Source of the DNA: Eledone cirrhosa
Lineage: Eukaryota
Length of the DNA stretch: 64,000 nt
Assembly (NCBI GenBank): GCA_964016885.1
Contig: OZ024742.1
Coordinates: forward strand, 134,540,001-134,604,000
Reading direction: 5' to 3'
Numbering within the stretch: position 1 is the stretch's first letter; the number at the start of each line of letters is the position of its first letter. A program made the translations under genes and the position numbers. This document shows, piece after piece, positions 39,890 to 52,789 of the stretch. The notes under the pieces are model-generated. The model did no database searches. It was not told where the DNA came from and saw only the letters and a program-made list of their open reading frames with translations.

Positions 39890-39897
<8 letters not shown>
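38664..39897 (+). mobile_element. family D tandem array (2.3 x 526 bp) in (TA)n
   Basis: GTATAAGTTCCCTGTG at 38665, 39191 and 39717. Ends TTTTACGTCTCTCATA followed by (TA)n. Confidence 0.9.
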
Positions 39898-39929
<32 letters not shown>

Positions 39930-39934
<5 letters not shown>

Positions 39935-40924
39935 TAAACGGAATAGAAAATGCTGACAAATAGTTCACAGTTGAAAAATAGTTTAATTAGGAATAAAAGA
40001 GTATTAGTAAATGTATTGGTTAGTATTCAGTTTTGGTTTTAACTTTTTACCGGTTGAGCATTTCTAAATGCTTTTCAAAAATGATTTTGAGATAGAGCGT
40101 CCGTGTTGTTTTTATGTTAAAAAAGTGGCTCCAGCGCTATTGAAATTGTTTTTTTTGCGCAAATTCGTGTTGCAAAAATTCTTTGTGGTCAAAACAATTT
40201 TGATTGGCCGGTAGAGGTCATGTGAATGTAAAAAATTGATTTTGCGCTAAGACTGAGGAATGACTCTTTCACGACAAATATGTGTGTGTGTGTGTGTGTG
40301 TGTGTAGTAGTAGTAATAAAGTGTTCGATGTTGTGATAATGGTTAGCAGGGATGTGTGTGTGAACCGCAGCCTGTTGACAGTTCACATAGCTATTAAGAT
40401 AAGTGTGTGTGTGTGTGTGTGTGTGTGTAGCAGAGTAATTAGTGGTGAGTAGTAATGTGTCCGTAAGTAAGTGAGGGGTATTTTAGCATGTCAAAAGTTA
40501 TTTTTCAGCTTTTGTCTTATACGGAGAAGTGTGTGTGTGTGTGTGTGTGTGTAGCAGAGTAATTCGTGGTAGAGGGGTGGTGAGTAGGAGTGTGTCTGTA
40601 AGTGAGTGGGGGATGTTATTTTGACATGTTAAAATATATTTTTCAGCTCTTGTCTTATACGGAGAACTGTGTGTGAGTGTGTGTATATGTGTGTGTGTAT
40701 AAGTCTCTTTGTATGTTAATGTACACGTGTGTATGTGTGTGTGTGTGTATATATGTGGGTGTGTGTGTGTGTGTGTGTGAGAATGTGTGTGTGTGTGCGT
40801 GGGTGGACCAGTATTTTTTCCCCTGGTAAAATGGTGTAAATTATTCGATATTTTCAGTAAAATCGATTCTCTCAATAGAACATCAAAAATCTTAACAATA
40901 AAAGGTGTGAAATGATATTCACTA

Positions 40925-40986
<62 letters not shown>

Positions 40987-41785
40987 CTATATATATATTT
41001 TTTTTTGTTGTGTTGCACCATAGAACATGTGTGTTTACGTATGTCATTGTGTTTATATGTGGTTAGAGATGTGTGCTGATGTAGGTATGTATGTTTAGGT
41101 GTGTATGTTGTGGGTTCGTCTTAAGGAGAAGTATTTAGACGGGGTCCGTATTTGTTAATAAAGTAAGATTCCTTGCTGATGCGTTGGGTGTGGGGGGCAT
41201 TATCTTTAGATTTGTAGTGGGGAAAGATTCTGAAGTTGTGATGATTTTGGGCGGCACAGGTATCAATGTGTTCACTCAGTGGTATTTTCCTGTATTCCCG
41301 TATTTTAATTTGGGATCTATGGGCAGTCAAGCGTTGGCGGAGGCTGTTTTTGGTCTGGCCTATGTATTGTTCTCGACAACCTGAGCAAGTTAATACATAT
41401 ATTAGATTTTCCGATGCACATGTGAAATTGTGTTTTACTATAAAACGTTGTCGTTCTTTGAAATAGAATTCCGAACCCCGTATTAGGTTGATGCAAATGC
41501 CACAGTTGGGTCTATCACATTTTTTTACTGTGGGTTTTGTTGTTGTGGTTGGCAGTACTTTGGCATGTGTTAGGATGTTTTTCATTGACATAGATTGTCT
41601 TTTGCTCTTTATGACATCGTGTGTTCGTAAAATTTGGTTCATTCTATGGTCCTTTTTCAACACAGGGATGTTCTAGAGGATGGTGTCAAAGGCCTCATTG
41701 TTAAGGGGGTTGTGTGTGGAGATGTATGGTTAGCTTTTAGTTTCGGTTGATTTACTTTAGGGTGTCTAAGTTCCTGGGTACTGAG

Positions 41786-41787
<2 letters not shown>
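39930..41787 (-). mobile_element. 5'-truncated PLE with probable 3' UTR/pLTR (family I)
   Basis: GIY-YIG ORF followed by a CA-rich 3' region and the family I terminus. Linkage across the internal (TA)n at 40924-40998 is inferred. Confidence 0.6.
41121..41663 (-). CDS. PLE GIY-YIG endonuclease (Neptune-like, Cys-rich linker), truncated
   Basis: KCDRPNCGIC...FTCASENLIYVLTCSGCREQYIGQT..LRQRLTAH...EH...KESYFINKYGPRLN. Confidence 0.85.
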   Translation of the reverse strand: MLKKDHRMNQILRTHDVIKSKRQSMSMKNILTHAKVLPTTTTKPTVKKCDRPNCGICINLIRGSEFYFKERQRFIVKHNFTCASENLIYVLTCSGCREQYIGQTKNSLRQRLTAHRSQIKIREYRKIPLSEHIDTCAAQNHHNFRIFPHYKSKDNAPHTQRISKESYFINKYGPRLNTSP

Positions 41788-41855
<68 letters not shown>

Positions 41856-41936
41856 GTATATATATATACGTATATATTAAATCTTACATTAAATCTTAAC
41901 TATTTAACATCTCAAGGTATGTCATGTATCATTATA

Positions 41937-41985
41937 TTTTGTCTGATGAGGACGTACTACTGTAGATCTGAAAAATATATAAAAT
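41937..41985 (+). ncRNA. degenerate hammerhead-like motif
   Basis: ttttgt-CTGATGA-gga...tct-GAAA-aatata-TA-aaa. The helices are imperfect. Confidence 0.3.
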
Positions 41986-42040
41986 GTAATTGATAAAAAG
42001 GACATCTATTTTATTAATATTTGTATTTTAATATATGTAT

Positions 42041-42140
<100 letters not shown>

Positions 42141-42333
42141 ATAATATAATAATAACAATACTAATTATAGTTATGTATATAGTATAAATAATTTTAAACA
42201 GGAATGTCAGTAATTTCATATTACCTTATTACCAGTAAGAGAAATATCTCAATGTATGAACATTATTTGTTTTACAGAGAAGGAGAATAAATAAATTATA
42301 CACTTAACAAAGTTGTGTTTAAATCATTTAATA

Positions 42334-42378
42334 GCTGATAATCGTTTCTTCCAAACTCTCGTTTGGAATCATCGGAGC
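42334..42378 (-). ncRNA. decayed hammerhead-like motif
   Basis: Minus strand: gct-CCGATGA-TTCCAAAC-gaga-GTTTGGAA-GAAA-cgatta-TC-agc. 8-bp helix II with GNRA loop, U4C change, mismatched helix III. Confidence 0.5.
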
Positions 42379-42443
42379 ATTATCAATGTTTGCACATATA
42401 ATTAACCTTCTATTCAACTGAACAATAATATATTATTGTTTAG

Positions 42444-42496
<53 letters not shown>

Positions 42497-42579
42497 GAAC
42501 GTAAGTCCAATACTCTTACCACATGGCCACGTGACTCCACTCATTATATATATATATACATATATATATACATGTATAT

Positions 42580-42686
<107 letters not shown>

Positions 42687-42691
42687 ATATT

Positions 42692-42750
<59 letters not shown>

Positions 42751-42955
42751 ATACTTGGGGAGGGTCATATTTGCGTAATATTGCCAGAATTAATAACAGA
42801 ACACACTCACTGTTTGGTTGGTTTTCGCTTCTCGCTGTCTTTTATATCTGCGATCTAACTTACTCGGTCCTCAATGTTGCCATTGACTGACCGACGGTAA
42901 AAAATAATACAGATATAATATAGACACAAACACATATATATAGTTTACATCATTT

Positions 42956-42995
42956 ACATAAATCTTTCGTTGCACATCTGCAACATCGTCAGTGG
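42956..42995 (-). ncRNA. hammerhead ribozyme in the inverted pLTR
   Basis: Reverse complement of the motif at 45127-45166. Confidence 0.6.
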
Positions 42996-43478
42996 TGTTA
43001 TATTCTTTGTTCCTCCTGTTGTGTTGTATGTCTGCGCCATTTTTTATTCAGTCTGTCTATATATTTATTTATTTATTTGCTTGTTTGTTTATCTTATTTT
43101 ATTTTGTCTTCTTTGCGCATGCGTTTGCGTGTGTGTATAGTGTTATGTGTGCTGTGTGACTAGTGTGTATAGTGTTGTGTCTGCTGGGTGGTTAGTGCGT
43201 GTTTATGTGCTTGTTGTTATTGTGCTTGTGTATGTATTTATTTATCTTATTTTATTTTATTTTATTTTATTTACTTACTTATTTATGGGTCTCCTACTTA
43301 GACTTACCTATGACACTGACTACCTAGACAGCCATGACCTTAGATGTTTCTGCCCTAGTAGACCTATAAGAGGTAGACCCCCCATCATAACCTCAATGGT
43401 AAAAAGACTCCCATAGGAAGGTGGATTGGGTGGACCAAAGCTATACGGACCCCCCAAAACACTGATCAGGTAAGAAAA

Positions 43479-44846
43479 ATGGTCGCACATGCAATAGGGG
43501 CTAGTATCAAAACTACCCTAAAGGGCCACATATTTAAGTTCAATGAGAACATCTACACCCAAAATGAGGGAGCAGCCATCGGCGTCAACATAGCTGGTGA
43601 TGTTGCCAACCTTTTCATGGTATGGTGGGAAAGGAGACTTAAAGATCTCCTTAATGAAAACTCCATAGACCTCATCATGTACTCTCGTTATGTAGACGAT
43701 ATCAATATAGTTATAAGAACACCCCCACTAGAGAGCACTAACAAGTTTGATTTAGAACGTAGCACGATGGAAAGCATCCAGCAGATAGCTAATTCCATAT
43801 ACCAGAGTATAACTGTAACTATCGACTTCCCTTCCAAACACCCTAACAATAGACTACCTGTATTAGACACAGAACTCTGGATTAACACTATAGACGAGAG
43901 AGCCCAAATTCTCCACTCACACTATGCTAAACCCATGCCCTCCAAATACCTGATTCTCAAAAACTCAGCAATGTCCAGTAGTACTAAGTTTACTATTCTG
44001 ATCGCAGATTTGGTACGAGTGATGAAGAATGTGTCCAGCATGTGCGACACAACAGAAATGGAAGGACACATCCAACACTTCATCAACCGCATGCAGTTCT
44101 CTGGCTACAACCAAAGAGACAGAGTCAGAGTATACGAAGGAGCCATGGAAAAGTATAAGACCCTCATAGATCTGGACATGAAAGGAATTTGCCCACTATA
44201 CAGGAGCAAATCATGGAATAGCTTAGATAGGGCTAGACATAAGATAGGGAAGGCCACATCATGGTACGACAACCAGAGATATCAGAGTATCATGTTTGTG
44301 GACGCCACCCCTGGAGGGAAATTAGCTAACCAGTGTAGAAAGGCCCTGAGAAAGACCCGCTTAAAAATAAAGGTGGTAGAAAAGCCAGGAACCACCATAA
44401 AATCCCTGATCAGCAAAACCTACCCTTTTAAGAAAACCCACTGTACCAATAGGAAATGTATCATATGTGAGGTAAACCGCCGGATAAACTGTAAAACCAG
44501 AAACGTAGTCTATAGCATAAGATGTACAGAGGGTACTTGCAGAAACATGACAACAACATACATAGGTGAGACAGCTCGTAGCATAGGTGAAAGGATAGAC
44601 CAACACTGGGGGGAACTAAAAGGACGAAAAAACGGGTCAGTACTATACGAACATGCTAGACAACAACATGACGGTAACATAGACAACATAGAAATTAGAA
44701 TAATATCTAAACATAGGAATGACCCAGCAGATAGGCAAATCAGAGAGGCCAGTGAAATAGAAATTAGAAGACCAAAGCTAAACAGAAAGAATGAGTGGAA
44801 CAACAACAACACCCAAACAAACAACACTGACCTAAGAGAAGTATAA
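43479..44846 (+). CDS. PLE reverse transcriptase (motif B' onward, thumb) + Cys linker + GIY-YIG endonuclease; N-terminus missing
   Basis: YTQNEGAAIG, SRYVDD, LPVLD, HYAKPM, CTNRKCIIC, VVYSIRC...YIGETARSIGER..QH..EH..REASEI...LN. Confidence 0.92.
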   Translation: MVAHAIGASIKTTLKGHIFKFNENIYTQNEGAAIGVNIAGDVANLFMVWWERRLKDLLNENSIDLIMYSRYVDDINIVIRTPPLESTNKFDLERSTMESIQQIANSIYQSITVTIDFPSKHPNNRLPVLDTELWINTIDERAQILHSHYAKPMPSKYLILKNSAMSSSTKFTILIADLVRVMKNVSSMCDTTEMEGHIQHFINRMQFSGYNQRDRVRVYEGAMEKYKTLIDLDMKGICPLYRSKSWNSLDRARHKIGKATSWYDNQRYQSIMFVDATPGGKLANQCRKALRKTRLKIKVVEKPGTTIKSLISKTYPFKKTHCTNRKCIICEVNRRINCKTRNVVYSIRCTEGTCRNMTTTYIGETARSIGERIDQHWGELKGRKNGSVLYEHARQQHDGNIDNIEIRIISKHRNDPADRQIREASEIEIRRPKLNRKNEWNNNNTQTNNTDLREV

Positions 44847-45126
44847 ATAAGTAAGTAAATAAAATAAATATAATAAGATAAATAAATACATACACAAGCA
44901 CAATAACAACAAGCACATAAACACACACTAGCCACCCAGCAGACACAACACTATACACACTAGTCACACAGCACACATAACACTATACACACACGCAAAC
45001 GCATGCGCAAAGAAGCCAAATAAAATAAGATAAACAAACAAGCAAATAAATAAATAAATATATAGGCAGACTGAATAAAAAATGGCGTAGACATACAACA
45101 CAACAGGAGGAACAAAGAATATAACA

Positions 45127-45166
45127 CCACTGACGATGTTGCAGATGTGCAACGAAAGATTTATGT
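45127..45166 (+). ncRNA. hammerhead ribozyme (family A)
   Basis: ca-CTGACGA-t-GTTGCA-gatg-TGCAAC-GAAA-gatt-TA-tg. Confidence 0.6.
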
Positions 45167-45419
45167 AAATTATGTAAACTATATATATGTGTTTGTGTCT
45201 ATATTATATCTGTATTATTTTTGACCGTCGGTCAGTCAAAGGCAACATTGAGGACCGAGTAAGTTAGATCGCAGATATAAAAGACAGCGAGAAGCGAAAA
45301 CCAACCAAACAGTGAGTGTGTTCTGTTATTAATTCGGGCAATATTACGCAAATATGACCCTCCCCAAGTATAGCAATATCTGTTTCGACACACGATCTCA
45401 TATAAAAAACCTCACCAAA

Positions 45420-45574
<155 letters not shown>

Positions 45575-45743
45575 TTAATATAGATGAGATTCTACAGGAC
45601 TAGAACTGTTTCATTCATTAGAAAACATCAGGAATATCTATTAAAACTGTTATACTCTGCTATGTATTGAGTACCTTACTTACTGTGGTTACCTCCGATT
45701 CAACCCGGAATAACGTATATATATATGTATATATGTATATATG

Positions 45744-45914
<171 letters not shown>

Positions 45915-45917
45915 ATG

Positions 45918-45950
<33 letters not shown>

Positions 45951-45955
45951 ATAAT

Positions 45956-46245
45956 GAGTGGAGGCACGTGGCCTAGTGGTAAGAATTTTGGACTTACGAT
46001 CATAATGTTGTGTGTTCGATTCCTGGGTAACGTGTTGTGTTCTTGAGCAAAACACTTCATTTCACGTTGCTCCAGTGTACTCAGCTGGAAATGAGTACCA
46101 GCAATAGCTGGAGGTTTAACACTGCGATGGACTGGCGTCCTGTCCAGGAGGGAGTCTTGTACTCTCAGTCGCTACACGCCATGAAACCGGGATAAGACCT
46201 GGCCAAATGAGCCTTCTGGCTTAAGACAGGCTTTAAAGACAGGCA
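45956..46245 (+). mobile_element. tRNA-derived SINE with conserved core (Meta/V-SINE-like)
   Basis: A box TGGCCTAGTGG, B box GTTCGATTCC, core TTCTTGAGCAAAACACTT...CTGCGATGGACTGGCGTCCTGTCCAGG. Confidence 0.8.
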
Positions 46246-46249
46246 TATA

Positions 46250-46453
46250 ATAAATGCGAAGACTAAAATCCATAGAGAACTCGATAAGGATATATATATA
46301 TCAAACATACAAGAACAAATATTTATTAAAATAACACATTAAATTTTAGGAAACGAATCGCTGCTTTCACCCTTAACGGGATCTTCTGAAACTCAAGATC
46401 CCGTTAAGGGTGAAAGCAGCGATTCTTTGCTTAAAGTTAAATATGTTATTTTA

Positions 46454-46455
<2 letters not shown>
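46250..46455. mobile_element. family B palindromic terminus
   Basis: Antisense arm with tail, flipping at ~46393 to a sense arm AAGATCCCGTTAAGGGTGAAAGCAGCGATTC. Confidence 0.8.
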
Positions 46456-46504
<49 letters not shown>

Positions 46505-48509
46505 TGTGTGTGGGGGAGCGTACGTGGCGATAGAAAGTGACGGAGGGAGATAGAATGAGAGTGAAGCGTGAACGTTATCAACGTATTAGCATTTGCATCT
46601 ATTTAATTGAAAACCTCATATTCAACGCAATCTTCTATTCCTCCTGCTCACAGAAAAATGTAAGTGATGATTTTGATAACATTCAGAAAGAAGTGAGTCA
46701 TATGATATCTTTCAATATGATTCTTATGTCAAAGAAATATCCTTAGAAGTCGTTATTTATTCCAGCCTCTATGAATAATATAGCTAGATTTACCATTTGA
46801 AAGACGTTAGTGATATAATTGACACATATTTATACAAAACGCAGCGTGCTTTACGAACATTTAGATATAGTCTTATGTCGATACATTATAAGATATAAAA
46901 CAGAGCGAATAATGGAAAGACTTTTACAATTCTTCGGTTGCCATGAATCAATTTTGAAGCGGTGCGTTTCATCTTCCGAACTTGTCTGTCATCTTTTCTC
47001 AGTTGTTGACTATATCTTTATCTCTTCCTAGTTGTTACCACCAGTTTTGTTTAAAGACGAAGTTTCATGACTTACATGATCAGTTCTCCATTTCTGGAAA
47101 AGGTGATGTAGTCGAGTAGCGCCCTAACCTGGCTCAGTCACTACAACAGCAGGAGCTTGCTGTTGAACCTTACATTTTTGTAATACACAGGGCAAGTAAA
47201 GTTTAAATAAATTTTGAAAGCTTTCCCATGCGTAAGACACACATTATAGTACACCCTTCTTTTATTGTTTTCTGGTATTCTGAGGTTACGAACATATTCG
47301 TGTATAACCTGGCCGTAAAAGTTGATATGAGAAATAAAATAAATTACACCAGCACTGACACCAAAAGAATATTGCGCCACCAAAATCGACTAACAACTAA
47401 CAGTTCAAATCATGTATATCAATTGTGCTGATAGTTGTGGGCGTCTCATATAAAGCGTTTTAATGTAAGGGCATATGATTTCAAGACCCACGTGTTTCGA
47501 AATCAATACAAATTGCATCAAATATTTAAGCACTTCCCATAAATGTAACGTCATGTACATACTGCTGGCAAATATTTCTCGTTCGTCAAAATAATTCAAT
47601 CACGAAATACTTTGGTATGTAACATATAAATAATTTTCCTGTTGTCTCGAGCTGAACAATCTGTTTTAACTATTGATATTCATGAAATATCCGGTTGAAG
47701 AAATAGCTCTTTTGTGTGTGAATTTCTCTGCTCAGGCTTTAAATATCCTTTTTATTTCTTAAAGTTACTAGCGTTGCTACATCCATCATTTTGGTCTTAC
47801 GGTGATACTATTCTGGCTGAAATCGGTGTTGGTGATGGTGTTGCTTCTGTTAATTTTTACTGGGGATCTCTTTATTTTATCTGTATGGTTGTTCTCAAAA
47901 TCGAACTATTTACTTCCATAAAAAATATTCTGCTTTTACAGATGTACACCGAACAAATTATGCTAGTATTTAATGTTAGAAAGCATATGAATGCAACTAT
48001 ATTATGATATGAATATAGTATGAGATATATGGTCATTAATCTTTCGATTTACGTCTACTAAGACGGATAATGTCCATTTAATGCACAGTTCTTGTTACTC
48101 ACTTCGGCAATATTACATGAGAAGTAATTATGCTATTGATGCCAATAAAGGTTAAAGAAAGGAAATAGCAACGCGATTTGAACTCGGAATTCAGAGGTAT
48201 ATAAATATACATGTTATATCCTATATTAAGGGGCACTTCGTATTTTTCCATCGCACAGAGATAACCAGCCTTCAGAAGAATTTCATTGAAACTGATTTGG
48301 TTACTTTATTCACATTAGTACCTTCAAACATTCGAATGTTACTCAAACAGATTAACAATCTAATATAAAATTATGATAAATAAAATATATCGTATTATGT
48401 AGCATTCCGTTGTGGATCAAACGATAGACTGTACATAGTTTCGGTCCATTTATCGATCCATTCAGCCTAAATGTTCAGATTGTATATATATATATTTTTT
48501 TTTTTTTAA

Positions 48510-48578
<69 letters not shown>

Positions 48579-48579
48579 A

Positions 48580-48635
<56 letters not shown>

Positions 48636-48636
48636 T

Positions 48637-48720
<84 letters not shown>

Positions 48721-48721
48721 A

Positions 48722-48791
<70 letters not shown>

Positions 48792-48880
48792 TTGTGTGTG
48801 TAATATATATATGTGTTTGTGTGTCTATGTGTGTGTTTCTTTCTCTCTCTCTCTCTCTCTCTCTGTTTCTCTCTCTCTCT

Positions 48881-48930
<50 letters not shown>

Positions 48931-48932
<2 letters not shown>

Positions 48933-49211
48933 TTCCTTTGTCAGTGTTGAACAAAAGGGCAACGATGGTTGCTAAACACTGTACGGCTTAATTCGGGATG
49001 TTTGTTTACAAACACACCGAGCATTATAATAAATGTTCGGTAAATCCATACGTACATATATATACATATATATATGTGTGTGCATGTATGTATATATATA
49101 CATACTACTGTACGTCTGTATACATGTATGTATGTACGTATACATACTTTTATTTAAGTAACAACCGTACTAAGAGTGAGAAATGAAATTTCGTTTCATT
49201 TTTTCCATTTT

Positions 49212-49212
<1 letters not shown>
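48931..49212 (+). mobile_element. family C sub-monomer between (TA)n tracts
   Basis: Begins CGTTCCTTTGTCAGTGTTGAACAAA and ends TTCGTTTCATTTTTTCC. Confidence 0.85.
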
Positions 49213-49261
<49 letters not shown>

Positions 49262-49299
49262 TTTGAGAAGATATAGAAGTTGCCCTTTATGATGGTTAA

Positions 49300-49700
49300 T
49301 TCGTATCTTTGGACTAGTTATTGAAACAAATTGTGAAATAAATAGTCTGCCAGATAATTGTTCTCAATGTGGTAGATGGAGATAAGTAACGTGCGTTTCC
49401 AGATGCTGAATCACAGAGTATGGTACAAGGTTCCAAGTATTCACGGAGTAATTTAGTATAAATAGATTATTAGGAAACAACACTATTGAACAGTTAGATA
49501 CTATTGACGGTATAGAAGATTCAATTGTCAACATAGATATCTTCCACACTAACTTAAGATTTGATCGCATAACTCTACATGCATTTTCATACAGATTATA
49601 TCACTTTTGACGTGCGGAATTTCATGACAATGAAGACTGGCGCCAAACGTTTTAATTTAATGCAGAGTTAAACACTGATATAATGAATACTCCTTCCATC
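49300..49700 (-). pseudogene. decayed CR1/L2-like LINE 3' end
   Basis: The minus frame MRSNLKLVWKI resembles the RR.R.DLI..YKI motif. Heavily degenerate. Confidence 0.3.
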
Positions 49701-50128
49701 TTTCAAATTCACACCCTGTCTCTCTCCTATCTTCGCCCATAAATCACATAATTAGTCTTAATATTGTTTTCATGTCAGGCTTTATTTCACGACAACTGCC
49801 ATTCCCATTTCCTGAAATGCTTTTGCTTTAAATATATAAAGAAATTCTTTTCAACCAATTGCATTTCTAACTCCGGCAACATCGTGGATACTAGCAGCCT
49901 AATGGCTATTATTTACTACATTTCCTTCTTCTATTTGTACACAAATATACCTAAAATATAATTGTAATTATATATCAACTTCTCTTATTTCATCTATCTC
50001 TGATGATTTACTGAACGTAAATGTAATGTGAGTGTGTGAATAGTGGATGAAATATACACCTATTCATTGAAGAAATACGTGTATAATGTAATAGGTCATT
50101 CTGCAAATAGCTTCTGTCAAAATTTCTT

Positions 50129-50159
<31 letters not shown>

Positions 50160-50317
50160 GTTCTTCATGATGATGTGGTTGTGAAAGTAGAATCATGGTC
50201 GTGGTGATATTTCTGATGTGTGTGTGTGTTTGTGTGTGTGTGTGCGTGTGTGTGGTGTGTGTGTGTGGGGTGGGTGGGTGAGGGGGGTATGTGTGTCTGT
50301 GGGTGTGGGTGTTGGGG

Positions 50318-50383
<66 letters not shown>

Positions 50384-50579
50384 GTATGTGTGTGTGTGTG
50401 TATGTGTGTGTGTGTGTGTGTGTGTGTTTGTAATAAGGTAGGACTCAGAGGTTTGTGAAAAAAAATGGAAAAATCATTAAGAGTGATTATTTTGAACAGG
50501 TAGGGACGATGACCACCCAGCGGGGAATCTGTAACCACACCTATCCTGAACTAAATAAGGCACTGAAAGCACCGGAATA

Positions 50580-51480
50580 GGGCAGGCATCACATCTTTAC
50601 ATCAGCCAGCCTATATGCGCATGGCCAAAGTAGCCGAATTTGAACCGGCAGCGCCCCCCTGTACAAATTCCTAGTGTGGGACTTTTGAAATATATCCATA
50701 GTCCACGTCACAAAAGTCTCCTTTCTACAGACTGGTCGGTTTGATTTCGTTGAAAACCAACACCTCTTCAATAGTGTCATCGAAATTGCTCTTTCTACGT
50801 CGGTCAGACAAATAAAGAATGTGTGATCTCTATAGGCCACTGTTCAGAAATGTGGACAAACTCTACTATCACTCTCTACTGACTTAATAAAAACCTATTT
50901 ATATACGATTTAGATGAAACTATTCGTTTGGTCAAGGTTCACACTGGTGAATTTTGGGAATGTATCGCTATTTGTTAGACAGTTAGAACTGGCTTCTCAG
51001 ATACTTGAGGTTTTTGGATCCCCCGCTCTTATCAGCTACTCCAACACGATCCCAGCGTGCGTCTAAGATACCGTACCATTCACCCGTTTACAGTATAGAT
51101 TGAGACGTTCCCAGAAAGACTTCCAGATGCCAAACGAAATCCGCAGGCCAGCACAGGTGAGGGCGCAGACGGACACCAGACGAAAGGCTCTACCCTCGCT
51201 ATTGCTCACGTCCGGGTCCTGGCATCTCGTCCTTTGCAGAAAATCCAAGCCTTTCCTAAACAGCAATGCTATCCCACCTCCCATTCCGGACGACTAAGTG
51301 ATACAAAGATCTGATAGTTATCAGAAATCTGGTCTATTGCATGGAACTCGGATATCCTGGTTTCACTGATGGCAGTCACATCCATGCCTAATGCCCTAAT
51401 GTAGTTCAGTAAACGACCCTGCTTCCAGGAACACCCCAGGCCACGTTCATTTAAACGAACTACTCTTATAATCGCCATGT
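50580..51480 (-). pseudogene. Tx1/L1-like APE endonuclease remnant
   Basis: RLNERGL..KQGRLLNYI...DVTAISETR, GGGIALL, FRLVSV, and a final DH motif, in broken frames. Confidence 0.7.
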
Positions 51481-52731
51481 TGTCCAGTTGATTTCAAAAG
51501 AGAAAAGACGTGGAGATGCAGTGTTTCGATCCCCATGGCTGACAATGTGTTCCTTTGAGAACGCCTTTAAAAGGTTCTTTGTGGCTTTTACATTTGCCGT
51601 TCACACGACGTGTGCGAAATTCTCTCAAATGTTTTTATAGATTTGAGTTGCCAATCGCATCATCATCGGTGGCTGTGTCACTTTCAAGATGCTGGCTGCA
51701 AAAATGTTCCACTTTTTCTGAATGTTCACATTTTAAGCTATAATATCCATCAGTTATTATTTCCCATAACTTACCACACATTTTGGTGTTTGCGTTATTG
51801 GTTGTTCATGCTGTGTGAGTTTACATTTAGGCGGGTGTGCTGAAGGTCGTGGTGGTGGTGGTGGTGGTGGTTTTTTTTAGGATGTGCCTGTGTTTGCTGT
51901 TTGTGGTCTTTTTTCTGTGTCAGCTTTTCTGTTGTTTTTTCTAGGGCGTTGTGGTAGTCCATCGTCTTCGCTATGAGAGATGAGGTGTGTGTGTCTCAAT
52001 AGATTTGTATTTGTGTGTTTAAGTGTATTTTTGTTAGGGTATGGGGATACGAAGGGAGAGTAGGGGACATTTCCCCATCTTCCCTTTTTGTTTGATTCTG
52101 TCTTGCTTGTAGATATTATTGGTGGTAGAGTTACTGCAGGTTATGTTGGTTATACTCTTGCTGGTGCATTAAAAAACGCAGGTATCCTTGATAGACTCAA
52201 ATCCTTTCTACATAACCATTACTTTTTTTTCAATTTTAAGGATGTACAATTAGAAGAGTATATGAGAGTACATATCAGACCATTGTTCTCGCATACAGCC
52301 ATGTGTAAATATAACCATATAGATATATACGTATATTTGCTATTAAGAAAAGATACTGGATAATATTATCTGATTTATTGACTACGTGCATGCAGATATA
52401 GCTTTGGTCAATATATTGATGAACGTACATACAAATACATAAACTATGATTTCATAGATAGATTAACGAATATAAAGAGAGAGGCGGAGATCAAAGAATG
52501 TGAGAGACAGTAAATGAAAATACAAAATATTCTAATGAATTGAAACGAGGCCGATTGACAAATTCTGAAATGCAATTTTTCATATGTACGAAAATATAGG
52601 CGTAAATATTGACATGTGTGAATCAGTTGGTGATGGTAAGAATAGGTGAGAGAGGGAGAGAGAGGGAGAGAGAGACAGAGTTTTATAGATTGTTTTAGGC
52701 ATCACGTTACTGAATTAATTTTGTAAATAAG

Positions 52732-52789
<58 letters not shown>

